Shown here in pieces: positions 10,959 through 19,610 of a stretch of DNA of 64,000 nucleotides. The position numbers and the translations under genes were made by a program. The stretch lies in NCBI GenBank assembly GCA_050015635.1, contig JBEKBA010000003.1, positions 73 through 64,072 on the forward strand. Direction: 5' to 3'. The notes beneath the pieces were generated by a model. It saw only the letters and a program-made list of their open reading frames with translations. It had not been told where the DNA came from and ran no database searches. The DNA is from Verrucomicrobiota bacterium. Lineage in GTDB: Bacteria; Verrucomicrobiota; Verrucomicrobiia; Limisphaerales; UBA11358. The number at the start of each line of letters is the position of its first letter. Position 1 is the first letter of the stretch.

Positions 10959-11060
10959 ACTACAACGGTATCCGTGTTAATACAACATGGATTTGTGTGA
11001 ATGCAGCATTCATGCAGGGTCGCTGCAGCCGGTCTGCAATGTCGCTGCAACTCGCCCGCT

Positions 11061-11116
11061 CTTTTTTGTTCCCGATTCACTGGACCTTGTCCCCCATCCC
11101 CGCGCCGTCAGGCGCA
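11061..11116 (+). repeat. REP-like interspersed element, uninterrupted copy
   Basis: CTTTTTTGTTCCCGATTCACTGGACCTTGTCCCCCATCCCCGCGCCGTCAGGCGCAT. Its reverse complement matches 44366-44422. Contains hairpin GCGCC-GTCA-GGCGC. Confidence 0.75.
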
Positions 11117-11147
11117 TCCGTGTTCATCCGTGGTAAAAAATGCAAGT

Positions 11148-11630
11148 TCAAGTCGCTTTCGGCGCGGCGAATAATTCGGCGACAACCAGTTGAAATTTGG
11201 GAACCAGCTTTTCCGAGAGCACTTCGCTTCCGGTCAAAGTGCCCTGAAGCGCCAGTCCCATGCCCGTGCTGTGATAAATCTCCACCGTGTCGTAGCGCGG
11301 GTCAATCATCCACAACCGCGGCACGCGCATTTCCTCGTAAAGCTGCTTTTTGATGACGGTGTCGGTTCGGTGATCCTCGGTATCGATGATTTCCGCCGCG
11401 AGCCAGAGTTTGTTCGTGGCGGTCGTCACCAGCGCAAGGTCGGGACAGATCATTGTGGAGTGTGAAACGCGGACTTTTGCGCGCGGCAAATGCAGTCGCG
11501 TGATTGTCAGATTTGTCAGGCCGGTGTTCATCGCGGCGTGCAGGCGGGTGCAAATCATCTCATGCCGCGTGCCCGGAGTGGAACGCAACAAGGACGTGCC
11601 TCCCAGAATTTCTTCGTAAGGCTGGCTCAT
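11148..11630 (-). CDS. Uma2-family (DUF820) endonuclease-like protein
   Basis: 160-aa C-terminal portion of the 595-aa track ORF. PDLALV, AAEIIDTED and RLWMIDP are typical Uma2 motifs. An alternative start is at 11711. The rest of the long ORF is antisense to rpsP-trmD. Confidence 0.65.
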   Translation of the reverse strand: MSQPYEEILGGTSLLRSTPGTRHEMICTRLHAAMNTGLTNLTITRLHLPRAKVRVSHSTMICPDLALVTTATNKLWLAAEIIDTEDHRTDTVIKKQLYEEMRVPRLWMIDPRYDTVEIYHSTGMGLALQGTLTGSEVLSEKLVPKFQLVVAELFAAPKAT

Positions 11631-11747
11631 CTGCGCCGGAAGCAAAGCAGTGATTCGCGCCGACGGCAAGCGCGACGTTTCTTGCCTGAAAACAGGACTT
11701 GCAAAAAACATTTCGTTTGTTAGTCTCTTCGTTCTTTTGAAACATTT

Positions 11748-12005
11748 ATGGCAGTAAAAATTCGCATGAAACGGGTCGGGACAAAGAATACTCCGGTGTT
11801 CCGCATTGTCGTGGCCGATGGTCGCAGCCCGCGTGATGGCAAATTCATCGAGGAAATCGGCACTTATCAACCGCTCAAGCAGGGTGACAACTTCACCCTC
11901 AAGCTCGACCGCGCCCAATACTGGATCAGCAAAGGCGCGCAGCCCAGCGATACCGTCGCCAGCTTCATCAAAAAATTGGGCAAGGCGGTCCCGGCAGCGG
12001 TTTAA
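11748..12005 (+). CDS. rpsP: 30S ribosomal protein S16
   Basis: [24 protein letters not shown]... is canonical S16. Confidence 0.95.
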   Translation: MAVKIRMKRVGTKNTPVFRIVVADGRSPRDGKFIEEIGTYQPLKQGDNFTLKLDRAQYWISKGAQPSDTVASFIKKLGKAVPAAV

Positions 12006-12017
12006 TTTTTCCGCGCG

Positions 12018-12263
12018 ATGCAGGAGTTCCTGGAATATGTCGTCAAAGGACTTGTGCAGAATCCCGGCGCGGTCACGGTGACGCCCGTGGAACGTGAGGG
12101 CATCACGGTTTACGAACTGCGCCTCGACCCGCAGGATGTTGGCAAAATAATTGGCCGGCAGGGCATGACGATTAATGCGATTCGTTCGCTGCTGCTCGTC
12201 GGCAGTGCGAAGAAAGGTTTGCGTTGTTCGGTGGAAATTGTCGAAGACCGGCCGGCGGGTTGA
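12018..12263 (+). CDS. KH-domain RNA-binding protein (UPF0109/YlqC-like)
   Basis: 81 aa with the GxxG KH motif (IIGRQGMTINAIR). Conserved position after rpsP. Confidence 0.85.
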   Translation: MQEFLEYVVKGLVQNPGAVTVTPVEREGITVYELRLDPQDVGKIIGRQGMTINAIRSLLLVGSAKKGLRCSVEIVEDRPAG

Positions 12264-12287
12264 ACGAAAATTTTGGCACGTTGCAAA

Positions 12288-12956
12288 ATGAAAATTGACG
12301 TGCTCACTTTGTTTCCGGCGATGTTCGCCGGGCCGCTCGATGAAAGTATCATCAGGCGCGCGCGCGACGCCGGTCTGCTGGATTTGAAAATCCACAACAT
12401 GCGCGACTGGACGCGCGACCGGCACAAGACCGTGGACGACCGGCCGTTCGGCGGTGGGCCGGGAATGTTGTTGAAACCGGAACCGCTTTTTGAAGCGGTT
12501 GAAAATTTGCAGCGCGAAAACACGCGCGTGATTTTGCTGTCGCCGTCGGGAAGAAAGTTCGACCAGTCCATCGCGCGCGAACTGGCGGCGCAAAAAGATC
12601 TGCTGCTCGTCACCGGCCATTACGAAGGCTTCGACGAGCGCGTGCGCGAAGCGCTGGCCGACGACGAATTGTCCATCGGCGATTACGTGCTGACGAACGG
12701 CGCGTTGCCGGCGATGGTTGTGATTGACGCGGTCGTGCGGTTGCTGCCCGGGGTTTTGGGTGATGACGAAAGTTCGCGCGACGAATCGTTCAGTCGGGGA
12801 TTGCTGGAATATCCGCAATACACGCGGCCGGCGGAATTTCGAGGGATGAAAGTTCCCGACGTTTTGGTTTCCGGCAACCACGCTGAAATTGAAAAATGGC
12901 GGCGCGAGCAGGCGGAGTTGCGGACAAAAAAGCAACGACCGGATTTATTAAAATGA
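12288..12956 (+). CDS. trmD: tRNA (guanine37-N1)-methyltransferase
   Basis: Starts [13 protein letters not shown]. TrmD motifs are present ([29 protein letters not shown]). The track start at 12273 is TTG, so the ATG at 12288 is preferred. Confidence 0.9.
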   Translation: MKIDVLTLFPAMFAGPLDESIIRRARDAGLLDLKIHNMRDWTRDRHKTVDDRPFGGGPGMLLKPEPLFEAVENLQRENTRVILLSPSGRKFDQSIARELAAQKDLLLVTGHYEGFDERVREALADDELSIGDYVLTNGALPAMVVIDAVVRLLPGVLGDDESSRDESFSRGLLEYPQYTRPAEFRGMKVPDVLVSGNHAEIEKWRREQAELRTKKQRPDLLK

Positions 12957-13007
12957 TTTTGGCATGGCCGTCATGTAAATGATTGTATCAGTTTGAAAGT
13001 GGCAATT

Positions 13008-13031
13008 GGGTGCAGCGTTACGCTGCCCGTC
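13008..13031 (+). repeat. REP-like hairpin GGGTGCAGCGTTACGCTGCCCGTC
   Basis: Contains palindrome GCAGCGT-N-ACGCTGC. Paralogues are at 13532-13555 and 47666-47695 (reverse complement). Confidence 0.7.
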
Positions 13032-13045
13032 ATGCAAACGACTTT

Positions 13046-13453
13046 ATGAACCAAGCATTACAGGAAAAAATTGAATCGGAACAGTATCGCAAAGACGGCG
13101 TAAAATTCGCGGTCGGCGACTCGGTTAAAGTGCATACCAAGGTCGTCGAAGGCGACAAGGAACGCATCCAGATTTTCGCGGGCGTCGTCATGGGCAGGCG
13201 CGGACACGGCCTGAACGAGACCTTCAGCGTCCGCCGCATCAGCTATGGCGAAGGTGTGGAGCGCGTGTTTCCGCTGCACTCGCCGCGCGTGGACAAGATT
13301 GAAGTCGAGCGCCAGGGCTCCGTGCGCCGTGCCAAACTCACCTATCTGCGTAAACGCCTCGGCAAAGGCGCGACGCTGGTAAATGAAAAACAGGAAAAAG
13401 CCGTGGCTGCACCGAAGGAAGAAAAAACCGTCGCTGAAACTGTGGCAAAATAA
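13046..13453 (+). CDS. rplS: 50S ribosomal protein L19
   Basis: Starts [11 protein letters not shown]19 core is F.VGD.V.V...V.EG.KERIQ.F.GVV with a Lys/Glu-rich tail. The track N-terminal extension reads through the REP hairpin. Confidence 0.9.
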   Translation: MNQALQEKIESEQYRKDGVKFAVGDSVKVHTKVVEGDKERIQIFAGVVMGRRGHGLNETFSVRRISYGEGVERVFPLHSPRVDKIEVERQGSVRRAKLTYLRKRLGKGATLVNEKQEKAVAAPKEEKTVAETVAK

Positions 13454-13497
13454 TTCCGCGAACAAATTTTCATCGTCCCGGTGGGGACAACCGGAAA

Positions 13498-14664
13498 TTA
13501 GTGTAATGGGTCATTTTCAAGGGTGGTAATCGGGTGCAGCGTCACGCTGCCCGTCCGCAAGGACCGCGCCGCCGCGGCTGCCGCAAGTTGGTCTTTCACG
13601 ATTTGACCGAAAACTGTCGGTTCGTAATCCCAATTTTTAATCAACGTCGGTCCGGCGGAAACATGCAAGTCCCAGGCGGTCCAGGGTAAATGATATTTCT
13701 GCATGTAATTCAACAGGCTGTGCGCGTAATCCAGATTATTCGTCCGGTGCCCGCCAAAACCCCATTCGCCGACATACACCGGGTATTGCCTGCTGACCTC
13801 GCCGAAACTTTTGTCCCAATCCTTTTTATTCGCGTAAGGATGTGTTTCATAAGTGTAATTTATCCCGGCAATCGCATAACCTTGCAACACGCCGCTTAAA
13901 TCGTAACCCCAATTAAGTCCGCCGACCGTCACCACGTTCGTTGCGCCGGTCGCGCGAACCGCGTCATAAAGTTTTTGCAAACCCACCGCCTCGTAAACGA
14001 CTTTTGTCTGATCCGGATTCCACCACGCCGGATTGTCCGTGACCGACCCGCCGTCGAGCCAGACATTCCACGACACGTCATGCGGCTCATTGTAAAGGCC
14101 AAAAATTACATTCGGCTGATTTTTAAAGCGGGTCGCCGCGTCCTGCCAGAACGCGATTGAATTTTTATCCGGCATGTTGTGCTCGCCGAGCGTGCCACCT
14201 TCGCTAATCCATTTGCCGCTATCCGACCAATGCAAATCCAGATCAATATAAACCCGCGCCGCTGCGCAAGTGCTCACGATGTTGTCCACTATGGCGCGAT
14301 ACCCCGCGCCGCCGTCCGTCTGACTCATCATCTTGCCGAACCAGCGGTCCTGCGCCAGCGGCAGCCGGATAAGACTCACCTTCCAGTCAATGATGGCGCG
14401 CTCCACCGATTCCTGCACGTGGTCGCCGTCGTTCCGCCATTCGAGTGACGCGATGTTGACGCCGTAAAGCCAGACCGGTTTGCCGCTCGCGTCGAGCACC
14501 CGGTTGCCTTCCGTGTGCAAACGCATCGGCTCAAGTTTGGAATCGAATGGCCGCGTTTGGCTCGACGGCAGATTATTTGTGACAACTTCATCCGCCTTCG
14601 CTGAATCAAAAAAGGCGATGAACGCCAACGCCGCAACAATTTCAATAAAATTGATTCTTTGCAT
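13498..14664 (-). CDS. Secreted glycoside hydrolase family 5 (endoglucanase-like)
   Basis: 388 aa with a signal peptide. GH5 acid/base motif (LYNEPHD) and nucleophile region (VGEWG). The extreme C-terminus reads into the REP hairpin at 13532-13555. Confidence 0.8.
   Translation of the reverse strand: MQRINFIEIVAALAFIAFFDSAKADEVVTNNLPSSQTRPFDSKLEPMRLHTEGNRVLDASGKPVWLYGVNIASLEWRNDGDHVQESVERAIIDWKVSLIRLPLAQDRWFGKMMSQTDGGAGYRAIVDNIVSTCAAARVYIDLDLHWSDSGKWISEGGTLGEHNMPDKNSIAFWQDAATRFKNQPNVIFGLYNEPHDVSWNVWLDGGSVTDNPAWWNPDQTKVVYEAVGLQKLYDAVRATGATNVVTVGGLNWGYDLSGVLQGYAIAGINYTYETHPYANKKDWDKSFGEVSRQYPVYVGEWGFGGHRTNNLDYAHSLLNYMQKYHLPWTAWDLHVSAGPTLIKNWDYEPTVFGQIVKDQLAAAAAARSLRTGSVTLHPITTLENDPLH
13532..13555 (+). 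repeat. REP-like hairpin GGGTGCAGCGTCACGCTGCCCGTC
   Basis: Same family as 13008-13031. The extended match is GTGGYAATYGGGTGCAGCGTYACGCTGCCCGTC. Confidence 0.7.
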
Positions 14665-15072
14665 GAACGGATTTTAACAATTCAAAATGATTCCATGAAC
14701 AAATTTTTGCGAGTTTTCATTGCCCCGGCAGGGACACCCAATGGTAAGGATGCGTTCCAACGCGTCCCAAAAATTGTCGGTAGGACAGCGCGCTGCGCTG
14801 TCCGGTTTGGCGTTCTTGGCGTCTTGGCGGTCAAATTCCTTTTCGGAAAGCATCCGGCCAATTTCATCGTGCCTTGCCGCTTGCTCGGTCAGCCCGATAT
14901 TTGAAAAGGGTCTTTCGGGACTATCCCGATGATAAACAACCCCAACTTGCATGTTCCATCGGTCGAAAGCCTGACAGTACTCCGGTGGGGAAGGCTGCAC
15001 CCACTAAGCCAAACCCAGCCTTGGTTCACGTCTTCAATTTTAGTGGCGTAGATTTTGAATTGTTTCATGGGT

Positions 15073-15501
15073 TCACTTTAGTTTTATCGCAAGATAAGAG
15101 GCTGATTTGCGACGTATTGGCACTGAAACGCCAGTGCCTTCATAAATGGTTGTGTTTCCATAAGTTTGAGTATTACCAAAGCTGGAATGTTCAGTACCTA
15201 CTTGAATTGTGTCTTCATTGATCAAAATGAGCGCATTGGCACCACGTTGAATCGCTTGCTGACTGGCAACCTTGTCAGGGTTTCGGAGACGTGAGGTTTC
15301 AACATTTATTGTTCCGATCACGTCATAGGGTGCGGTTGGGGGCGAAAGGTAAATTGGCAAAATGGCGTCATCTCTAATTACAGCACCATTTATCGTGGTG
15401 GAAGGAGTGAATGACGAATGTGCACATCCGGCGACGATCAGCAAAACAAACAGAGGCAACGCTTTTTTTATAAAAGGTGCAATTGTCGGTGGCTTTTTCA
15501 T
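15073..15501 (-). CDS. Lipoprotein (hypothetical)
   Basis: 142 aa from MKKPPTIAPF. Lipobox LIVAGC. More AT-rich than the backbone. Confidence 0.6.
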   Translation of the reverse strand: MKKPPTIAPFIKKALPLFVLLIVAGCAHSSFTPSTTINGAVIRDDAILPIYLSPPTAPYDVIGTINVETSRLRNPDKVASQQAIQRGANALILINEDTIQVGTEHSSFGNTQTYGNTTIYEGTGVSVPIRRKSASYLAIKLK

Positions 15502-15527
15502 AGTCACTTCGCCCAGTTGAATCGTTT

Positions 15528-16760
15528 TCACCGTAAATGATTCACCACATCGGCAAAGCCGGCGACAACTTCGTCGCGCGTCTTGAAATTGCGGATGCGC
15601 ACATAAGCGTCACTTTCGAGTTTGGCGGTGAATCCCACTTTCAATTCCTGCGCGCGTTTGAATTGTTTGTCCGATTTGGCGGGTGTGAGTGAATACTCGA
15701 TGGCAAATCCGGCGGCGCGCAAATCTTGAATGAGTTTCAGTGATTGCCCGCGGAGATTTTCGTCTTCGATCAAAACGAAAACGTCCACGTTTGCGTCGAA
15801 TTCAGGCAATAACCCGCGCTCTTTGAGTAAATCCCGTAGCACCGCATCGCCCATGCCGAAGCCCAGCGCGGACAAATCCACTTTGCCGCCGCTGACGAGC
15901 TTGACGAGGTTGTCATAACGCCCGCCGCCCGCGATGGCGCGGAACTCGCCCCTGGCGTCGAACGCCTCAAACACGACGCCGGTGTAATACGCCAGCCCGC
16001 GAATGACCTTGTAATCCACCTTCACAAAATCGCCCAGCCCGCGCGCGGCGAGGTTCTTTAAAATGTTCTCCAGTTCCGCCGTCGGCTTGCCGGATTCGAT
16101 GAAATGATTCACGTCCGCAAGGGAAAATCCTAGCGCGGATAATTTCTTTTCGGCTTCTTCCTTTGGCGTGCGTTCCAATTTGTCAATGACTTGAAAAAAT
16201 TCGTATTCAAGTTTGCCATGCTTGCTGACAAAGAACTCATGCCAGGCGTTGCGGCTGCTCAGGCGGATGACGAAATCCTGTTCGGTCAAACCAAATGCGC
16301 GCAGCGTGTCAATGAGTAGCGCAATCAATTCCGCGTCCGCCGCCGCGTCGCCTTCGCCGATGATGTCGGCGTTGAACTGAAAGTGTTCTCGAAATCTGCC
16401 TTTTTGTGGTTTTTCGTAACGGAAAACTTGCGGGATGGCGAACCACTTGAGGGGCTTTTTGTAACTGCGTTCGTATGCGCCAATCATACGCGCAAGCGTC
16501 GGCGTCATTTCAGGTCGCATCGCAACCCGTCTGGCGCTCTTGTCTTCAAATTGAAATAGCTGATTGACAATTTCCTCGCCGCTTTTGGTGGTGAAAAGTT
16601 CGAGCGGTTCGAGCGGCGGGCCGTCGTATTCGCGGAAGTTGTAGCGGCGGGCGACCGTTCGCCATGTTTCAAAAATAAACTGGCGTGCATCAGAGCTCCA
16701 CACATCTGTGTGCGGCAAGGGTTCGGGATAAAAATCACGAAAGCCGGGCAATCGTTCCAT
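15528..16760 (-). CDS. hisS: Histidine--tRNA ligase
   Basis: 410 aa. Start is MERLPGFRDFYPE. Class II HisRS motifs are present (RPEMT, FRYE.PQ.GR.REF.Q, GGGRYD). Confidence 0.95.
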   Translation of the reverse strand: MERLPGFRDFYPEPLPHTDVWSSDARQFIFETWRTVARRYNFREYDGPPLEPLELFTTKSGEEIVNQLFQFEDKSARRVAMRPEMTPTLARMIGAYERSYKKPLKWFAIPQVFRYEKPQKGRFREHFQFNADIIGEGDAAADAELIALLIDTLRAFGLTEQDFVIRLSSRNAWHEFFVSKHGKLEYEFFQVIDKLERTPKEEAEKKLSALGFSLADVNHFIESGKPTAELENILKNLAARGLGDFVKVDYKVIRGLAYYTGVVFEAFDARGEFRAIAGGGRYDNLVKLVSGGKVDLSALGFGMGDAVLRDLLKERGLLPEFDANVDVFVLIEDENLRGQSLKLIQDLRAAGFAIEYSLTPAKSDKQFKRAQELKVGFTAKLESDAYVRIRNFKTRDEVVAGFADVVNHLR

Positions 16761-16894
16761 AGACGTTGCTGAAACTAAATGGCGGGCGACAAAAAGAGAA
16801 GGCGAATTGGAGTTTTAACCACGAATGATGCGGATGGACGCGGATGGTTTTTGCCGCGGAATTTTTTTCCACGTGGATTTGTGTTCGCCACGGT

Positions 16895-17197
16895 TCAGAA
16901 GTTTGACGGCGAAAGTTTCAGCACGTCGGCGCGCATTTCTTTGCCGGCCTTGAATTTCACCATTGAACGGGCCGGGATGGGCACGTCGGTTTCCGGTTTG
17001 TTTGGATTGCGGCCTATGCGCGCTTTGCGGATTTTGACTTCGAAAACACCAAAATTCCGCAATTCCACCTTGTCGCCTTTGGCGAGCGCCTCGGTGATGT
17101 AGTCGAGCGTCTTTTGCACCACGTCAAACACTTGCTGTTGGACGAGGCCGGTTTCGTTGGTGATGCGGATGACAAGATCGCGTTTTGTGAGGGTCAT
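16895..17197 (-). CDS. HU/IHF-family DNA-binding protein
   Basis: 100 aa. V.L..FG.F.V..R.AR.GRNP.. arm motif. Confidence 0.9.
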   Translation of the reverse strand: MTLTKRDLVIRITNETGLVQQQVFDVVQKTLDYITEALAKGDKVELRNFGVFEVKIRKARIGRNPNKPETDVPIPARSMVKFKAGKEMRADVLKLSPSNF

Positions 17198-17574
17198 AAT
17201 TTTTTGAGTTGAATGGATTTAATCATTGAATGACGCGGATTGTCCAGAAATCACTGGCGGGATTTGCGGCGGCAATCGTGTTTCGGTGTTTTTCGGTCAT
17301 AAACCGTTGATCTTCTGCAATATTCGGCATTATTCAGCGCGCCAGCGGGTTCAACCCGCGCGGCGTAAACGTGATCCCGATGATCCGGCAGGTTAAACAG
17401 GCAGCCGTAACGGGAAACCTGATAGTTCATAAGTTCCGATCTTTTCGAATTAAGTGTCGTTTTCAACTATGGGAATTTACAAAACTTGTCCACAAAAAAA
17501 TGAAACAGCTTTGCCGCGCAAACATCCAGCACTAAAAACTTTACAGTTTTGGCGCGGCTTCGCAGAGTGTTCGC

Positions 17575-19605
17575 GTGTTGACTGACAGCGAATCAAGGGT
17601 TCAGCCGGCGCAATCGCCGGAGGCAACCCGACTGGATTTTTCGACGGATTTGGAAACCACCATCCTGCGGTCTCAGGAATTTCTGCTCGGCAATCAAAAA
17701 CCGGAAGGCTACTGGGTTGGCGAATTGATGGTGGATTCCACGCTCATTTCCGACATGGCCGCGTATCATCATTGGAACGGAAAAATTGACGCTAATTGGG
17801 AGCGCAAGGCGGTCAACTACATTTTCTCCATGCAATCGCCGGACGGCGGCTGGAATATATATTACGGCGGTCCAGCGGAGGTGAACGCCACCATCAAGGC
17901 ATATCTGGCGCTCAAGCTCGCCGGCGTGTCCGTCACCGATCCGCGAATGTTGCGCGCGCGCGAAGTTGCGTTGAGCTTGGGCGGTGTGCCGCGCATGAAC
18001 ACATTTTCCAAATTGTATCTCGCGTTGCTCGGACTTTTCCCGTGGGAATATGTCCCGACCATTCCGTGTGAAGTCCTGCTCATCGGCAAATGGTTTCATG
18101 TGAATTTTTGGGACATGAGCAACTGGTCGCGTGGCATGATCGTGCCGCTGGCCATAATCAATCATTTCAAACCAACGCGCCCGGTGAGGGTGAATTTGGA
18201 CGAGCTTTTTCCAGCCGGTTATCACGAACGCGACCTTGCGCTCGCGCCTGACCCGGAGAAAATTTCACTGCGAAATTTTTTTCTCTGGCTCGACCGCCTG
18301 CACAAACTGGCCGAATGGTTTGCCGAACACAAAATTCATCCATTCCGCAAGCTCGCCTTGAAAAAGTGCAAGAACTGGATGCTCGAACGTTTTGAAGGCA
18401 GCGACGGCTTGGCTGCGATTTTTCCAGCGATGCTCAATTCGCTCATCGCGCTCAAGGTGCTGGGTTATCCTGACGACCATCCACAGGTTGTTCGCGCCGC
18501 GCATGAATTAAAAAAACTCGAACACGAGACCGCCGACAGCGTGCGTATGGAACCATGCTTTTCGCCGGTTTGGGACACGGCCATCGTTACGATGTGCCTG
18601 AGTGAATCAGGCGTTCCCGAAGATCATCCCAGGTTGAAAAAGGCCGCCGAGTGGCTGATGGAAAAGGAAATTCGTTTTCGCGGCGACTGGAAATACAAAA
18701 ACCCTGCGAAGGTCGAGCCGAGCGGCTGGGTTTTTGAATTCAACAACCAATGGAATCCCGACGTGGACGACACGGCGATGGTGCTGCTCGCGCTTCGGAA
18801 AATCCCGACGGACAATCCAAAAAAACGCGATGAATGTTTTCAGCGCGGCTTGAGGTGGATGATGACCTTTCAATGCAAAGACGGTGGCTGGGCTTCGTTC
18901 GATAAGGATTGCACGAAAAACATTCTGGAAAAAGTTCCGTTCGCCGACCACAACGCCATGATTGACCCCGAGTGCGCTGACATCACCGCGCGCATTCTGG
19001 AATTGCTCGGCTACGAAAATTTCAGCGTTGAACACCGGCAGGTGAAAAATGCCTTGCAATTCATCCGCGACATACAAGAAGCGGACGGCTCATGGTATGG
19101 CCGCTGGGGCGTGAATTACATTTATGGCACATGGCAGGTTTTACGCGGCTTACGCGCGATGAACCTGGACATGAACCAGAAATGGCTTTTGAAAGCGCGC
19201 GCCTGGCTGGAAAGTGTCCAACACGACGACGGCGGCTGGGGCGAACGTTGCAACACCTATGACGATCCGGTTTTCAAAGGCTGCGGGCCGAGTACCGCGT
19301 CACAAACCGCATGGGCTGTCATGGGTTTGTGCGCTTTCGACGACCCGGAAAATCCCGCGCTTAAACGTGGTGTCGAGTATTTGACGCGCACTCAAAATCC
19401 CGATGGCTCGTGGACAGAACACGAGACGACCGGCACGGGTTTTCCGAAAGTCTTTTATTTGAAATACGATATGTATCGCAACGCCTGGCCGTTGCTCGCG
19501 CTGGCAACTTACAAAAAATTGATCCGACACGCCAATGCGCAGCGCGACAGCAAGTTAAATGGTGAAATAAAATTGGATACAACAACACAAACCACATTTC
19601 GTTAA
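17575..19605 (+). CDS. shc: Squalene-hopene cyclase
   Basis: 676 aa with a GTG start. DxDD catalytic motif (NPDVDDTAMVL) and multiple QW repeats (Q..DGGW). Confidence 0.95.
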   Translation: MLTDSESRVQPAQSPEATRLDFSTDLETTILRSQEFLLGNQKPEGYWVGELMVDSTLISDMAAYHHWNGKIDANWERKAVNYIFSMQSPDGGWNIYYGGPAEVNATIKAYLALKLAGVSVTDPRMLRAREVALSLGGVPRMNTFSKLYLALLGLFPWEYVPTIPCEVLLIGKWFHVNFWDMSNWSRGMIVPLAIINHFKPTRPVRVNLDELFPAGYHERDLALAPDPEKISLRNFFLWLDRLHKLAEWFAEHKIHPFRKLALKKCKNWMLERFEGSDGLAAIFPAMLNSLIALKVLGYPDDHPQVVRAAHELKKLEHETADSVRMEPCFSPVWDTAIVTMCLSESGVPEDHPRLKKAAEWLMEKEIRFRGDWKYKNPAKVEPSGWVFEFNNQWNPDVDDTAMVLLALRKIPTDNPKKRDECFQRGLRWMMTFQCKDGGWASFDKDCTKNILEKVPFADHNAMIDPECADITARILELLGYENFSVEHRQVKNALQFIRDIQEADGSWYGRWGVNYIYGTWQVLRGLRAMNLDMNQKWLLKARAWLESVQHDDGGWGERCNTYDDPVFKGCGPSTASQTAWAVMGLCAFDDPENPALKRGVEYLTRTQNPDGSWTEHETTGTGFPKVFYLKYDMYRNAWPLLALATYKKLIRHANAQRDSKLNGEIKLDTTTQTTFR

Positions 19606-19610
19606 ATCGC

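Noticed and set aside
11631-12935. N-terminal two-thirds of the 595-aa minus-strand ORF (11148-12935)
   Set aside because: It is antisense to four well-supported genes (rpsP, KH, trmD) and is low-complexity and Arg-rich. Only the C-terminal about 160 aa (Uma2-like) make sense as a gene.
14659-14932. Plus-strand ORFs 14659-14904 and 14720-14932
   Set aside because: They are translations of repeat-like low-complexity DNA (…LGVLAVKFLF…) with no coding signal.
17251-17466. 71-aa ORF between the IHF/HU gene and shc
   Set aside because: No homology or start signal was recognised. It contains a REP-like hairpin (GCGGGTTCAACCCGC).
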